A DNA stretch of 60,343 nucleotides from a virus (Duplodnaviria > Caudoviricetes). Below are positions 18,355-29,400 of the stretch, piece by piece. The stretch lies in the IMG/VR virus record IMGVR_UViG_3300027813_000013, positions 1 to 60,343 of that record. One strand, 5' to 3'. The notes beneath the pieces were generated by a model that was given only the letters and a program-made list of their open reading frames with translations, did not search any database and was not told the DNA's origin. Each line of letters opens with the position of its first letter. The first letter of the stretch is position 1. Both the position numbers and the translations under genes were made by a program.

Positions 18355-19290
18355 CTATGAGTAAATTCCTGTAGCGGGGTCATAATCAACTGGTGGATTA
18401 TAAACAGTTATTGTAGTATTTGCATCAAAATCGTCTCCTGGAGTAATATATGTATTTGCTCCACCTTCAGGAACAATTGTAATTTTACTAATTATATTAC
18501 CAAGACCTAATTTAGTTTCACTTGCTTCGGTTATAAGATGATCTCCCGTTTCTAGTTGAAAATAATCTTCTGAAAAATTTGTACTAGATTCTAAAGAAAA
18601 TCTTTCAAATACTCCAGTTGAAGGCGTCTCGGGAACAGTTTCTTTAAATGCAATTTCGACTGATTTAATAATTGATTGACCAGATTTGACATCAGGATAG
18701 ATGAATCCTTTTAACATAAAGTTTATTGTCCAAACAATTGTTCTTCTAGCAGAGAATTCTCCTTCATAAGAATCTTCACTTGTTGCGCTTTGAAGTACAA
18801 TAGGAATATCTAACTTGATACCCATCTCTGTTAAAATATTTACGCTTACATTAAACTCTGGAGTAAAGAATGGTAGAACTTGTTCTAATATTTGAGTACC
18901 GTCTTCAGCATTTTCTACAAATGCATATAAAGAAAAATCAAAAATATATGGTGAAGGATTAAACATCTTTTTAATGTTTCTTTCACCATTAACCGTTTCT
19001 TTATGAGTTAATGTGCCTATTGTATTTAATTTTCTAATGGGATCATAAGCTATGCCAGTCATTTCAAATCCTATTCTAGGAAGTTGAATAGCAACTTGCT
19101 TATCTAAATCAGCATCTTGATTTATTCTTGTAAGAAATTTTTGCTTTGGACCATAGGCTATTGGTACTTTTTGACGAGATAAAACATTACCGCCTGAGTC
19201 CTTTTTCTCAATATTAATATCATTAAATAATGTTCCAAACAACGCAACATATTTTCTTATTGTTTGATGATAAAAAGTTTGTCCTAACAT
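18355..19290 (-). CDS. gp15: Tail sheath stabiliser / tail terminator
   Basis: FYHQTIRKYVALFGTLFN, KVPIAYGPKQKFL, LPRIGFE..YDPIRK, QILEQVLPFFTP. Confidence 0.96.
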   Translation of the reverse strand: MLGQTFYHQTIRKYVALFGTLFNDINIEKKDSGGNVLSRQKVPIAYGPKQKFLTRINQDADLDKQVAIQLPRIGFEMTGIAYDPIRKLNTIGTLTHKETVNGERNIKKMFNPSPYIFDFSLYAFVENAEDGTQILEQVLPFFTPEFNVSVNILTEMGIKLDIPIVLQSATSEDSYEGEFSARRTIVWTINFMLKGFIYPDVKSGQSIIKSVEIAFKETVPETPSTGVFERFSLESSTNFSEDYFQLETGDHLITEASETKLGLGNIISKITIVPEGGANTYITPGDDFDANTTITVYNPPVDYDPATGIYS

Positions 19291-19314
19291 AACACTCCAT
19301 AAAGATTGTAATAT

Positions 19315-19332
19315 TATTTAGTTGTATAAATA
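19315..19332. promoter_or_regulatory. Back-to-back late promoters: CTAAATA (minus, 19315-19321) for gp15 and TATAAATA (plus, 19325-19332) for the 116-aa gene
   Basis: Both motifs lie in the short divergent intergenic region. Confidence 0.7.
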
Positions 19333-19337
19333 GTCTT

Positions 19338-19688
19338 ATGGCACTTACTATAAAAACTCAAGGCGAAAATTTAACGATGCATCAAGGTAGTAACTTTGAA
19401 AAAGTTTTTACTGCTAAAGATGCAAACAATTCAAATGTAACCATAAGTACTGGTACTTGTGCTTCTAAAATGAAGAAGAATCACACAACTTCTAATACTT
19501 CTTGGATAATGTCTTTCGCGGCGGCAGTATCTGGCAGTAATGTCACAATAACTGCTAATGCTACTCAAACAGCAAATATGTCTTCTGGATTATATGTTTA
19601 TGATGTTGAATACACCCAAACGGATGCTTTAACAAAGGAAAGGATAGTTGAAGGCATGATCACAATTCTTCCAGAATCTACAACTTAA
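19338..19688 (+). CDS. Small virion structural protein (beta-sandwich)
   Basis: NLTMHQGSNF...ITANATQTANM..GLYVYDVE....RIVEGMITI.P pattern common in T4-like marine phage structural regions. It has its own late promoter. Confidence 0.65.
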   Translation: MALTIKTQGENLTMHQGSNFEKVFTAKDANNSNVTISTGTCASKMKKNHTTSNTSWIMSFAAAVSGSNVTITANATQTANMSSGLYVYDVEYTQTDALTKERIVEGMITILPESTT

Positions 19689-20545
19689 AAATTACCCTCA
19701 CTAAACGGATTTGATTCTGAAAAATCAATAATAGAGTCTGCTTCAGTTTCAATGGTTATATTATTTGCAGAAGCATCATTAACAAATACTTGTGTATCTG
19801 GTGTTGCTGTTACAGAAAAATATGCTCCGCTTGTATTACCGACAACATTTTGAGATGTAGTAAAAGTACCCTTCAAATCTGTTAATTTCAATACTCTATC
19901 AGTAGAATTCCAAGATATTACTCTTCCTTTCGTATTTGCAGAACTTTCTGTGCTTCCAACATACACATATTCATCATCTACATAATTTCCTGATCCGCCT
20001 GATTCAAAATTTACTTCTATTGAATAAGCATATTTATCTTCTATTTCGTCTATGTCCTCAATACCAGTATCAATTCTTTGATCATCATATTGAAATAATT
20101 CACACGTTAAATCAAATATTGGTAATTTACCAAATTGATAAAACATGGATTCATGCTCGACAAATCTAACTTCGTATAATTTTTTATTTAATGGAAAAAA
20201 TATTATATCGCCTTCTCTTGGCCTATCATAACCAGTATCTAAATTTTCCCATCGTCTTCTGGCCACAGAAAAAATTACTTGATCTCTTATTTCTAATCCA
20301 AATCTTGAAATAAAATCGCCTTCTCCTTCAAACCCATCAACAGATTTAACATACATTTCAATTAAATGAGATTTACTAAATTGAGATATTGTATCTTCGC
20401 CATAAAGTATATCTTCATTCATGTATTGTCTTGGAAGATAATAGTTATCTATTCCAAAATTTTTTATCGATTCGATAATAAGATCTTGGTGTAAATTCTG
20501 TTCTGCAGTATTGTTAAAATGATTAAAATAAGAATTAGTAGGCAT
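19685..20545 (-). CDS. gp14: Neck protein
   Basis: EQNL.QDLIIESIK..G...YLPR, GFEGEGDFISRFGL, RPREGD, FVEHE..FYQFGK, IIDFSESNPF. Confidence 0.95.
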   Translation of the reverse strand: MPTNSYFNHFNNTAEQNLHQDLIIESIKNFGIDNYYLPRQYMNEDILYGEDTISQFSKSHLIEMYVKSVDGFEGEGDFISRFGLEIRDQVIFSVARRRWENLDTGYDRPREGDIIFFPLNKKLYEVRFVEHESMFYQFGKLPIFDLTCELFQYDDQRIDTGIEDIDEIEDKYAYSIEVNFESGGSGNYVDDEYVYVGSTESSANTKGRVISWNSTDRVLKLTDLKGTFTTSQNVVGNTSGAYFSVTATPDTQVFVNDASANNITIETEADSIIDFSESNPFSEGNF

Positions 20546-21549
20546 TATCCCGGACCAACCATAAAGTCAACTGGTAGTTCGAATTTAAGAGAGGCTTGTT
20601 CTTCTGTTTCTCTTAATTCTTGATTTGCTTCTTCAAATAGTGATCTCCCATTTAATGTCGTTCCTCCTGGAAGTTGTACACCTTCATATTTTATTAAATT
20701 GGCCCCCCATTGTCTCTTAAAAAGGGCTGTAACATATCTCTTTAAAAACATATCATTATATACATCTGTAAATGTTACAGGATCAATTATTCTATATGCT
20801 TCTACTACAAGATATTCATCGATTTCAACATCATCATTCCAATCCATGTCTATATATAATCGATTTTGGTGTCTATTAAATCGTAGAGGTTTTTTTCCTA
20901 CGAACATGTCATTCAACAATTGTAAATGTTGCATTGACATTTTATAATTTATTATAGAAGTAGCAGTAAGATAAGGCATTTCATTTAAATGAAATTGATA
21001 TCTAAATGAAAACAAATCACTTGATGTTTGTCCTCCACCAGTATCTTGTATATCAAAAATTCCTGTCACACCAATTATGGAATCATTTAATGTAATATAA
21101 TGATTATCTATATCACCAAAAGTAACTAACGTTGCATCAGTATCGGCTACTGCGGCCGTCCCACTTGAACTTCCAGTTATTGTTTCGCCATTTGAAAAAC
21201 TAGATGTAACATCATTATTTGAAATTCCATTCGTATCTAAATGTGATTTGAATGTTATAGTAGTAGAATTTGCAGACTCTACAGTTGCAGTCGCATTTGA
21301 TGTTCCACCAGTTATTGTCTCGCCATCAGTAAAACCTGTTCCAGAAATAATTTTAACAGTTGAGCCAGTAATTTGATGTACATTATACATTCTTTCAACA
21401 CCATCAAAATGATATTCTTGAAAAAACTGTAGTCCCTCATCCATTCGATCTTCCAGTTGATCATCTTCTACATTTATTTCAATAACTGGTTGTCCCAATG
21501 TTCTAAGACAATATTGTTTTAATTCTTCTCTTGTGCTAGGTTTTGCCAT
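20545..21549 (-). CDS. gp13: Neck protein
   Basis: REELKQYCLRTLGQPVIEINVEDDQLEDR, YNDMFLKRYVTALFKRQWGANL.KY.G.QLPGG.TLNG. Confidence 0.96.
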   Translation of the reverse strand: MAKPSTREELKQYCLRTLGQPVIEINVEDDQLEDRMDEGLQFFQEYHFDGVERMYNVHQITGSTVKIISGTGFTDGETITGGTSNATATVESANSTTITFKSHLDTNGISNNDVTSSFSNGETITGSSSGTAAVADTDATLVTFGDIDNHYITLNDSIIGVTGIFDIQDTGGGQTSSDLFSFRYQFHLNEMPYLTATSIINYKMSMQHLQLLNDMFVGKKPLRFNRHQNRLYIDMDWNDDVEIDEYLVVEAYRIIDPVTFTDVYNDMFLKRYVTALFKRQWGANLIKYEGVQLPGGTTLNGRSLFEEANQELRETEEQASLKFELPVDFMVGPG

Positions 21550-21555
21550 TTTACC

Positions 21556-23202
21556 TTACGTTTGATTTACAACTGTTCCACCGGTGTCTCTCACACCTAA
21601 TCTACAATTAACAGTAACAGTAGAATTTGCGGCTAATAAAGGACCTCCGAAATTAGTTACTCCGTTCGCTAATGCACTAAAAATATCAGCGGATGAATTT
21701 GCAAAGTGAATAACTTTTGTTCCCCCTATAACAAGAGCGGAGGTTGAAACCTGTAATCCTGTCAGGTTTGCATTCTGTACAATAGAAATACCCTTTCCTC
21801 CATCTGCTGTAACTTTTAATCCTGTAGTTCCAGTAGCACCTGTCGCATCTTGTAATATATCAACAACTGATCTAGCAATAGTAGAACTATTATTATCTGT
21901 TATAGCAAGCATGGAACCTGACATATCATGAGAAGTTCCTGTTACAGCTCCATGTGTTAGTGCCATTGCATGACCGGTAGTCGTATTAGCCCGTAACTCA
22001 AAAACATTTGCAGTACACCCAGCAGTATTCGCATCAATACGAATTCCTTGTTGATCAGCATCATTTAAGTCCACCCAAATTCCTGTTGTGCCATCAGTCG
22101 ACCCTACGTTTACATGTAATTTGCCTGACTGAGTTCCTATTGTGTCTCCGCCAACAATTTGCATATAACCACCATTCTCATTACCAAATACAACTGTATT
22201 TGCACCATCTGTGACTAGATGCATACTATCTGTTAAATGATTATAAATTAAAGCTCCCCTGTCAGCATCATCGGGATCACCAAATGCAATAGCACCATTT
22301 GAGGCATTGTTTGAAAGTAACGTCATACCAACTGAAGTGTTTCCTTCTAGCACCACATCATCTGTGGACACCTCAACTGCGGTAGCAGTAGTCGATCCTG
22401 CCGCAAAATCTGTTCTTATATGCAGTCTTCCTTTAGATGAAGTTGCAGAAATTGGAGTTGTTGTATATTCTGGAAAATTACCAATAGCCACATTAGCAGT
22501 TCCCACATCTGTACCAAAAATAGGACCAATATTAGCTACAAGGGCAGAGGCCGTGTTAACAGATATATTTGCAGAATGTGTAAATCCTCCAATTGTAGTT
22601 GGAGTATTATATGTTCCATTATTAAAGGATGCACCAGTAAATATGTGGGGACCCACAGAGGATATTGTAATAATTTGTGCCGTTGCAGAATCAGTAATGT
22701 TGACATTCATATTATTAATCGTTCCACCATTAAGTATAGCTGAAGAAACCGTTCCTAAATCAGAAACAGTTGCTCCCTGGAGATCAATTGTAGATGCACC
22801 ATTTGCTCTTAATGATGCACCATTTAAATTTATTTCACATTCATTTATTTGGGCTCTTTCAATTTTACTATCAGGACTAGCACCAGTGATGGTTGCTCCA
22901 GCACCTTCAACTAATGCAAATTTTTCGACTGTTCCTAAATCTGAAGTAGTTGCTCCAGTAAAATCTACAGTACCTCCCGAAAACAATAATTTAGATCCAG
23001 TTACATTTGCACCCGTAACAATATTTGCGCTTATTGTATTAATCAAAAGTCCACCAGTAGTATTAGCAGAAATCAAATTAGATGCTGGATTGTCATCTGA
23101 ATTTTGATTCAATACTGTAATAACCTGATTTGTTTTTGAACGCCATTGCTCAAAAGTATTGACCAATTCTACACTAGTAATACCAGAGTCAGATATTGCC
23201 AT
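21556..23202 (-). CDS. Fibre protein at the wac/fibritin position
   Basis: N-terminal NTFEQWRSKTN motif typical of T4-like fibre anchors, with a beta-rich body. Lies directly upstream of gp13. Confidence 0.6.
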   Translation of the reverse strand: MAISDSGITSVELVNTFEQWRSKTNQVITVLNQNSDDNPASNLISANTTGGLLINTISANIVTGANVTGSKLLFSGGTVDFTGATTSDLGTVEKFALVEGAGATITGASPDSKIERAQINECEINLNGASLRANGASTIDLQGATVSDLGTVSSAILNGGTINNMNVNITDSATAQIITISSVGPHIFTGASFNNGTYNTPTTIGGFTHSANISVNTASALVANIGPIFGTDVGTANVAIGNFPEYTTTPISATSSKGRLHIRTDFAAGSTTATAVEVSTDDVVLEGNTSVGMTLLSNNASNGAIAFGDPDDADRGALIYNHLTDSMHLVTDGANTVVFGNENGGYMQIVGGDTIGTQSGKLHVNVGSTDGTTGIWVDLNDADQQGIRIDANTAGCTANVFELRANTTTGHAMALTHGAVTGTSHDMSGSMLAITDNNSSTIARSVVDILQDATGATGTTGLKVTADGGKGISIVQNANLTGLQVSTSALVIGGTKVIHFANSSADIFSALANGVTNFGGPLLAANSTVTVNCRLGVRDTGGTVVNQT

Positions 23203-23419
23203 CTTTATCCTTACTTAACAATTCTAAAATTTTGTTTACATTTTTCTTTATATGATTCATTTCATTTTTTAAAGTATTTATTTCATTTGCATTAGACATT
23301 ATCGTATTTGTTTGCGATACTTTTTGTCTATGTTTCAATAAAGCCGATTGATCTGTTGCAATAAGAGCATTGGAATACACATCTCTATGATATCTTGGAT
23401 CGTCTGTTTTTACTATCAA
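23189..23419 (-). CDS. Small coiled-coil hypothetical protein
   Basis: RD..SNALI...EINTLKNEMNHIK..ILELL. Coupled to the VrlC-like gene; this pairing is common in T4-like marine phages. Confidence 0.6.
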   Translation of the reverse strand: MIVKTDDPRYHRDVYSNALIATDQSALLKHRQKVSQTNTIMSNANEINTLKNEMNHIKKNVNKILELLSKDKDGNI

Positions 23420-26400
23420 GGTGTTCCCTCACTATCAAGAGCAATTGCACGTAAACTAACTATTTTAGGTATTCCTATAAAAGAGTCTTGTGCTACTCTA
23501 TCTAAAGTCATAACCAATTTAATTGAAAACGTTCTAAATTGATCATATTTTGCACCGGTGCCAGCTAGATAAGTAATTTTTTCATCTATAGTTTTAAATT
23601 CAAAACGTTTAAAGTCGTCTTCATTTAAAGAATAGGTAGTGCTTGCTGTTTGCTGTTCCATAAGATACCATGCTTTTTCATCAAAAGGCTCGGAATCATC
23701 ACTAGAAAGAACCTTGTAATAAACATGGATGTTAGATCCTCTGGGCTTATATGCATCCATATATATTTTAAGATCGGTTGCATCAAAATTCTCTTCTAAT
23801 GTTACTCGCCTTGAAATATACCTAGATGTTAAATTACCACCAGAAGAAAATGATGCTACATTAGTTGTTTGAACATTTACAGTACTATTAGCACCTTCAC
23901 CAACAACACTAATAACTGCAGTTGTTGTCATTCGTACATTATCAGAAACAGAAACAGATCCTCCAACATCCCAGTTAGTAATAGTTGGTGTAGAAATATA
24001 TCCTGAACCACCATGTTTAACCGAAACTTGATTGATAATGCCATTTGCATGAACATTAGCGGCTATTGTTGCAGTATTTGCGCCAATATCAGGAGCAGAT
24101 ACTACAAATACACTTGTATTACCTTCTGATGCCACATTGCTTGTTGTATTTCCAACTTCTGCACCAAAATAACCAGTACCAAAGTTAGACACAACAATAT
24201 CGGAATTTGATAAACTTCCATTGTTAATAAGATTTTCAATAGTAATAATACCCGTTCTTTGCTCATCAAGTACTGGAGATATTAAAGTATTTGCAGTTTC
24301 AAAATATGCATTAATTGTAAAACTATTATTTGCGGCTTGTGGGTATGTAATTTGCTTTTGTTTTTTGAAATCAATATTTTTATTTTCTTTAAATTTTACT
24401 AAAGAGCCTTTTGTTGATCCTGCTAAATCTGTTGCATAATAATTAAAACTTGTATAAGTATTTGCAAAATTAATAATTTCTGTCACTACTTTAAAAGTAT
24501 CTATAGTTGTATTTGAACTTGCATTTCCACTTGAAACATCAGAATTATCTAATCTAACATATGCATTCGATGATATAAACTCGCATCTATCCAATTGAAA
24601 CATTAAACCCTGATCTAATACTTCATTCCAAGCTCCTACATTTGTGGGCTTGAAAAAACTTCCAACATATGGCTGTTTTGTTATTTTTTTAGAAGTTCCA
24701 GTATGATAGGCACCATATTCAAAACCATAAAGTTTATATGCACTACTATTAGTTGTTACGCAAATTGCATATTCGTCTGGAGCAAGAAAAATAGGATGAT
24801 CAAATTTAAACATCGTTCTTGTGCCCTTATCCGTATCATTTTTATTTGCACTATAGGAATTTCCTAAAAATCCGGCAGGAAATCCTCCACTAGTATTTGC
24901 TACTGGAGTACTTGTATTTGCAGTAATTTTTCCAGGAGTCAAAATAACTTCACTTCCTGGTATAATCAAGGAGGTACTTGGCATTCCATTAATTATAGGT
25001 CTGAGTTGTACATTTACAGGAGACCTATTTCCTACTGATGCAGATTTTTCATTAAAAAATAATGTGACAGAATCAACAAAAAGTCCTGTAGGATATTGAT
25101 TTTTGTCAATAAAGAAAGTTTGTGCCATAGGATTCATATAATCCGTAGACTTAGACTGCCTTCCGTCAGAAGTTGATCTCGTAACTCTTTCTTCTTTAAT
25201 ATTTTCTCGTCTAGAAATGAGGGGTCTGGGAGAAACAAGACCCAATTCATTTTTAGAATCAAGTACTCCTGATGAATGAAATACTTCTTCTGCAACTGAT
25301 GTAGTAACAGCAGGAATATTATCAGGATCATCTGTCACTCTAAAAATATTTTGTCCACCGGTGAATTTATCAGGAGGAACATTAAAAACTCCCCCTACAA
25401 CACCTTCAGAAGAAACTGTTAAATACGAATCTTCAAAATTATAATTTACAATTGCAGTAATAGAACCGTTTGCTTTTGTATCGTCTCCTTGAATTACGGA
25501 TCCAACAGTAAAAGCAGTTTGGGCTGACATATCTGTAAGTAAAACAGTACAAGTGTTCTGAATATTTCTATCACTCATGTAAATAATTTTAGCAGTATTA
25601 CCCGCACTCGCTCCAGAACCTTGAATAGAAACTTGTTCAAAATTGCCCGCAGTAGTTCTAAATACGTTAGATGTGCTTACATTTGACAAACTCACAACAG
25701 AGGCCTGTTTCACATTAGACGACATATTGCTATCGGAGAAATAGGTATAAAGATTTTTGTTTGGTTTCAATCCTTTAGCAACAAAAGTTATTGATTGTTC
25801 TCTTACTTTTGGAACTACGCTTAAATTGACTGTTTTATTTCCAATAGACTTAACTATTTTTTCCGGTACACTTCCTGAACTCAATCCGGTCAATGTTTTA
25901 GTTTGGTTCGTTGTTTTTGCTCTTCTATCATTGTTTTTTGTATCACCAATATTTCTTATACCTTCTTTAACATCGTTATTGACTTGGGATCCAGACCAAA
26001 TTTCTTCCCAATCATTCCAATGGGTACCATGTCCTTTATTTGTTAAACTTTCAGAAGCCCAATTGTCATATTGTCCTTCAACATTAACCTTTACTTGTAC
26101 TTGACTGCTTTGATCATACCACATATCTCCATATGGATCTAATTTCATTTGTCCTATATAATTCTGAACAGAGAATGGGTTTATTTGAAAAACCCTTTGA
26201 ACATTTTTACCATCATTCGACCCTGTAAGGGGCATTTGTATAAACGTATTCGATGCAAACGGTAAGGTTAATATACCAGAATTATTTTCTAAAGTTGAAA
26301 AAGCAGTCCCACCATCAGAATTTGCATTAAAGTTTAATGGATGTAAATCTGAACTAAAAGTTGGTCTTAGGTGTCTCTTATCAAAATCAATTGACATAGC

Positions 26401-29400
26401 ATAATCATCATCAAAAACATCTCCAACACTATGTCCCGCAAATGGATCTACAAGAATTCCATTTTTAAATCGATCATTATTATTAGCATCAGTAATGATT
26501 AATCCATCGGCCTCTTTCTCTAATAAGCTAAGAGAAACATAATATTCAAGATTTTCAAGTCTTCTTTCAAGTTTACCAACATCTCTCATCGTAAATCTCT
26601 TATTTTCAACATAATTTACTTTTACATCATCTGACTTAAAAGTATATGCTGGTATTTCAAGATTATACAATGTCATTGCATCATCATCATCTGGAGGCAA
26701 CTGTGAAAATTTATCAGATATTCCTTCAATTACATCAAACGTTTTATCTCTATTCAATACAATTTTATCTTTTCTTGAAACATAGTATTGATAATCTGTA
26801 TCAAATGTATAATCATAATCAGGCATTGCTTTTTCATTGAACACATTTGATGTTATTGTAATGTCGTTTGTATATGAATAAGTATCTGTATTCGCAGTTT
26901 CAAAACCCAATCTTTTAGGTCTAAAATCGATCATATCTCTTAGTTCAACTTTTGTACCAGTTGTTGGACTTGTATATGTAGGAATATCATCATATGATGT
27001 ATTACCAGAACCAGAAAAAGTATAAGAATCAACTATAAATGGACCCCGCCCCGTATGATTATAATAATCAACTATTGCTACTACTTGACCAGTTGGTTTT
27101 AGTTCTCCGGTTTTTAAAGTTATAGTTCCATAGTCATAATAATTGTCTCTTTGACCGTTATCAAATATAAAGCTACTAGTTATATTATGAGCATTTGCAG
27201 TATTAGACATAGCCTCAAGTATCATAGCATTTGTAACTTCTTTCGTATCAGATAAAGAACTTACAATCCCAACTAACTTTTTAATGTCTGCTATTTCTAA
27301 ACTATTAGTAATACCAGGTTCAGTATTCATGTCAATTCCCAAATGAATTTGACCAGAATCTGCTTGAATCGTATTTGATGAAGCTGTTACCACATTAGCA
27401 ACTGTAGTATTTCCTGTAACTAAAGTTTTTTTCCCGAGTCCACCATTCGATGTATTCGCTCCATCAGTCGCTTTATACAACATTGTAGCATAAACATATA
27501 TGTTTTTGCCTGCATAAGAAGCCGCAGGAATCGTAGTGTTTCCAGATGTTACAATATCTACTTGATCCCCAGTAGCATTCAATGTCATCGATCTACCATC
27601 TGCTATACTGGAACCCGAAGTATTACTGAATTCTAGATAATCTCCTTGACTTGTGCCTACTCCTGCTTCATTACAAAAAACCAAATAGTTTGCATCTATA
27701 GTAGATGCAGAAATGGCTCCTGCACCAGTTGCTGGATAAAACAATTCATCAGAGTTCGGAGCCGAGAGAGTTGTAGTGCCAGTACCACTAAGCAATGCTG
27801 TAAATCCTCTTTTAAATTTATAATTTGCTTTTGACAAACTTGCAAGTGTTTTGTTTTGAAAAGGAAACAGTAATGATCTTTGATCTTCGGTATTATCGTA
27901 TAGAACAGTATTTCCAGTATCAGTTACATCACTTCTACCACTAATATCAATATTCATGGCTTTATCAAAATCGGTACCGGATGCCGTTGAAATAATAGAA
28001 CTAATATCTTTAACTCCAAAATTTATAGAATAAGTAGAAGTGGCTTGAGTTGGTTGTGTCAAAGCAGATTCTAATAGTGCAGTATAGTTCGAGGATTCAA
28101 GGGTTGCATCTGCATCTATATCATAACCCATCGGAGTTGTACCAGTATTTGCGCCCGACCATGAAATAATTTTTCTTGTATCAGAGGTATTTACTCCCAA
28201 ATATGAAGTATTAACAGTTATAGATGATCCATATAAGCAATTGACTGTTGGAAAAGAAGCGGCTCCAGACTCTACTAAATTAATAAGTGTATTATTAGCA
28301 GTAATAGCAGAGGCTACTGTTCCTTCTACTTTATTAAATCTAAAATCAAATAAATGAGCATCATATATTGCAGGAAATTTTACATGATAAGTACCATTTG
28401 CATCAGCACCACCACCATATTCTGAATTTACAGTAGATGATCTTCCTGCTTTAAAATCAAGTTGTCTTAATCGTACTGTTCCTATTTTTGTATTTGCTAT
28501 TGATGCGGCACTTGTATTATCAACTCCAACAAACTTTATACTTAAAGTATTTGCTGTATATGTAATTTTATTAGCTTCGGTTACTGTTCCATGTAGTTGA
28601 GTTGTTGATGGCCACTTAACTATATGTAAATCCATTAAGTCGGCACCCGTACCTCCAGATGATGAATTAATAGATGCACTATTTACACCCAAAGTAAAAG
28701 CAGTATTAGAAATAACATCTGTTACAACTGCATATGGTCCAAATTCAACTCCTTGTTTTTCTGCGGTAACTGATTCTGTATCTCTCGCTTTATTTAAATT
28801 CAAATATGTAGGAAATAAAGTTTCATGTTCAAAACCTTTTATGTATGCTTTTCCTGGACTTAATTCTGCAGTTATTTTTGTAGAAACACCTATTCTTTGA
28901 TTAGTACTTCCATCACCCAAGGCGGTTCCAGTTGTTAATGTAAGAGCCGTAGTATTTCCTATAGATGTAACTTCAGCAGTTTTTGATGTGTTACTAGAAA
29001 AGAATATAGTATCACCAACATTAACATCTGCTATAAAATTTGCACCGTTAGCTGTAACAGTTGCACTTGTGTTTGCTGATGTTCTATCGCCTGCAGTTCC
29101 TCCTATTTTATGATCAATAACATCAAGCAAAAATGGTCTAACTGTAAAATCACCAGAAGCATCAAATGTTCTTCTTGCTAGAATCTTTTCAACATTTCCC
29201 AGAATAGGAAATTTTATTTCTTCAATCTTTTCACCATTTTCCAATCTTAACAATTCAATAAAATCAGTATCCGAACTTCTGGCAATTGGATCTACGATTC
29301 CTGTTAGATATTCAGGTGTTCCAGATGCAGGTGTTGAAGGACTGCCTTGTATTAAATAATTAAATTCTGTAGTAGATCCGATGACTGAAACTGTAAATTT

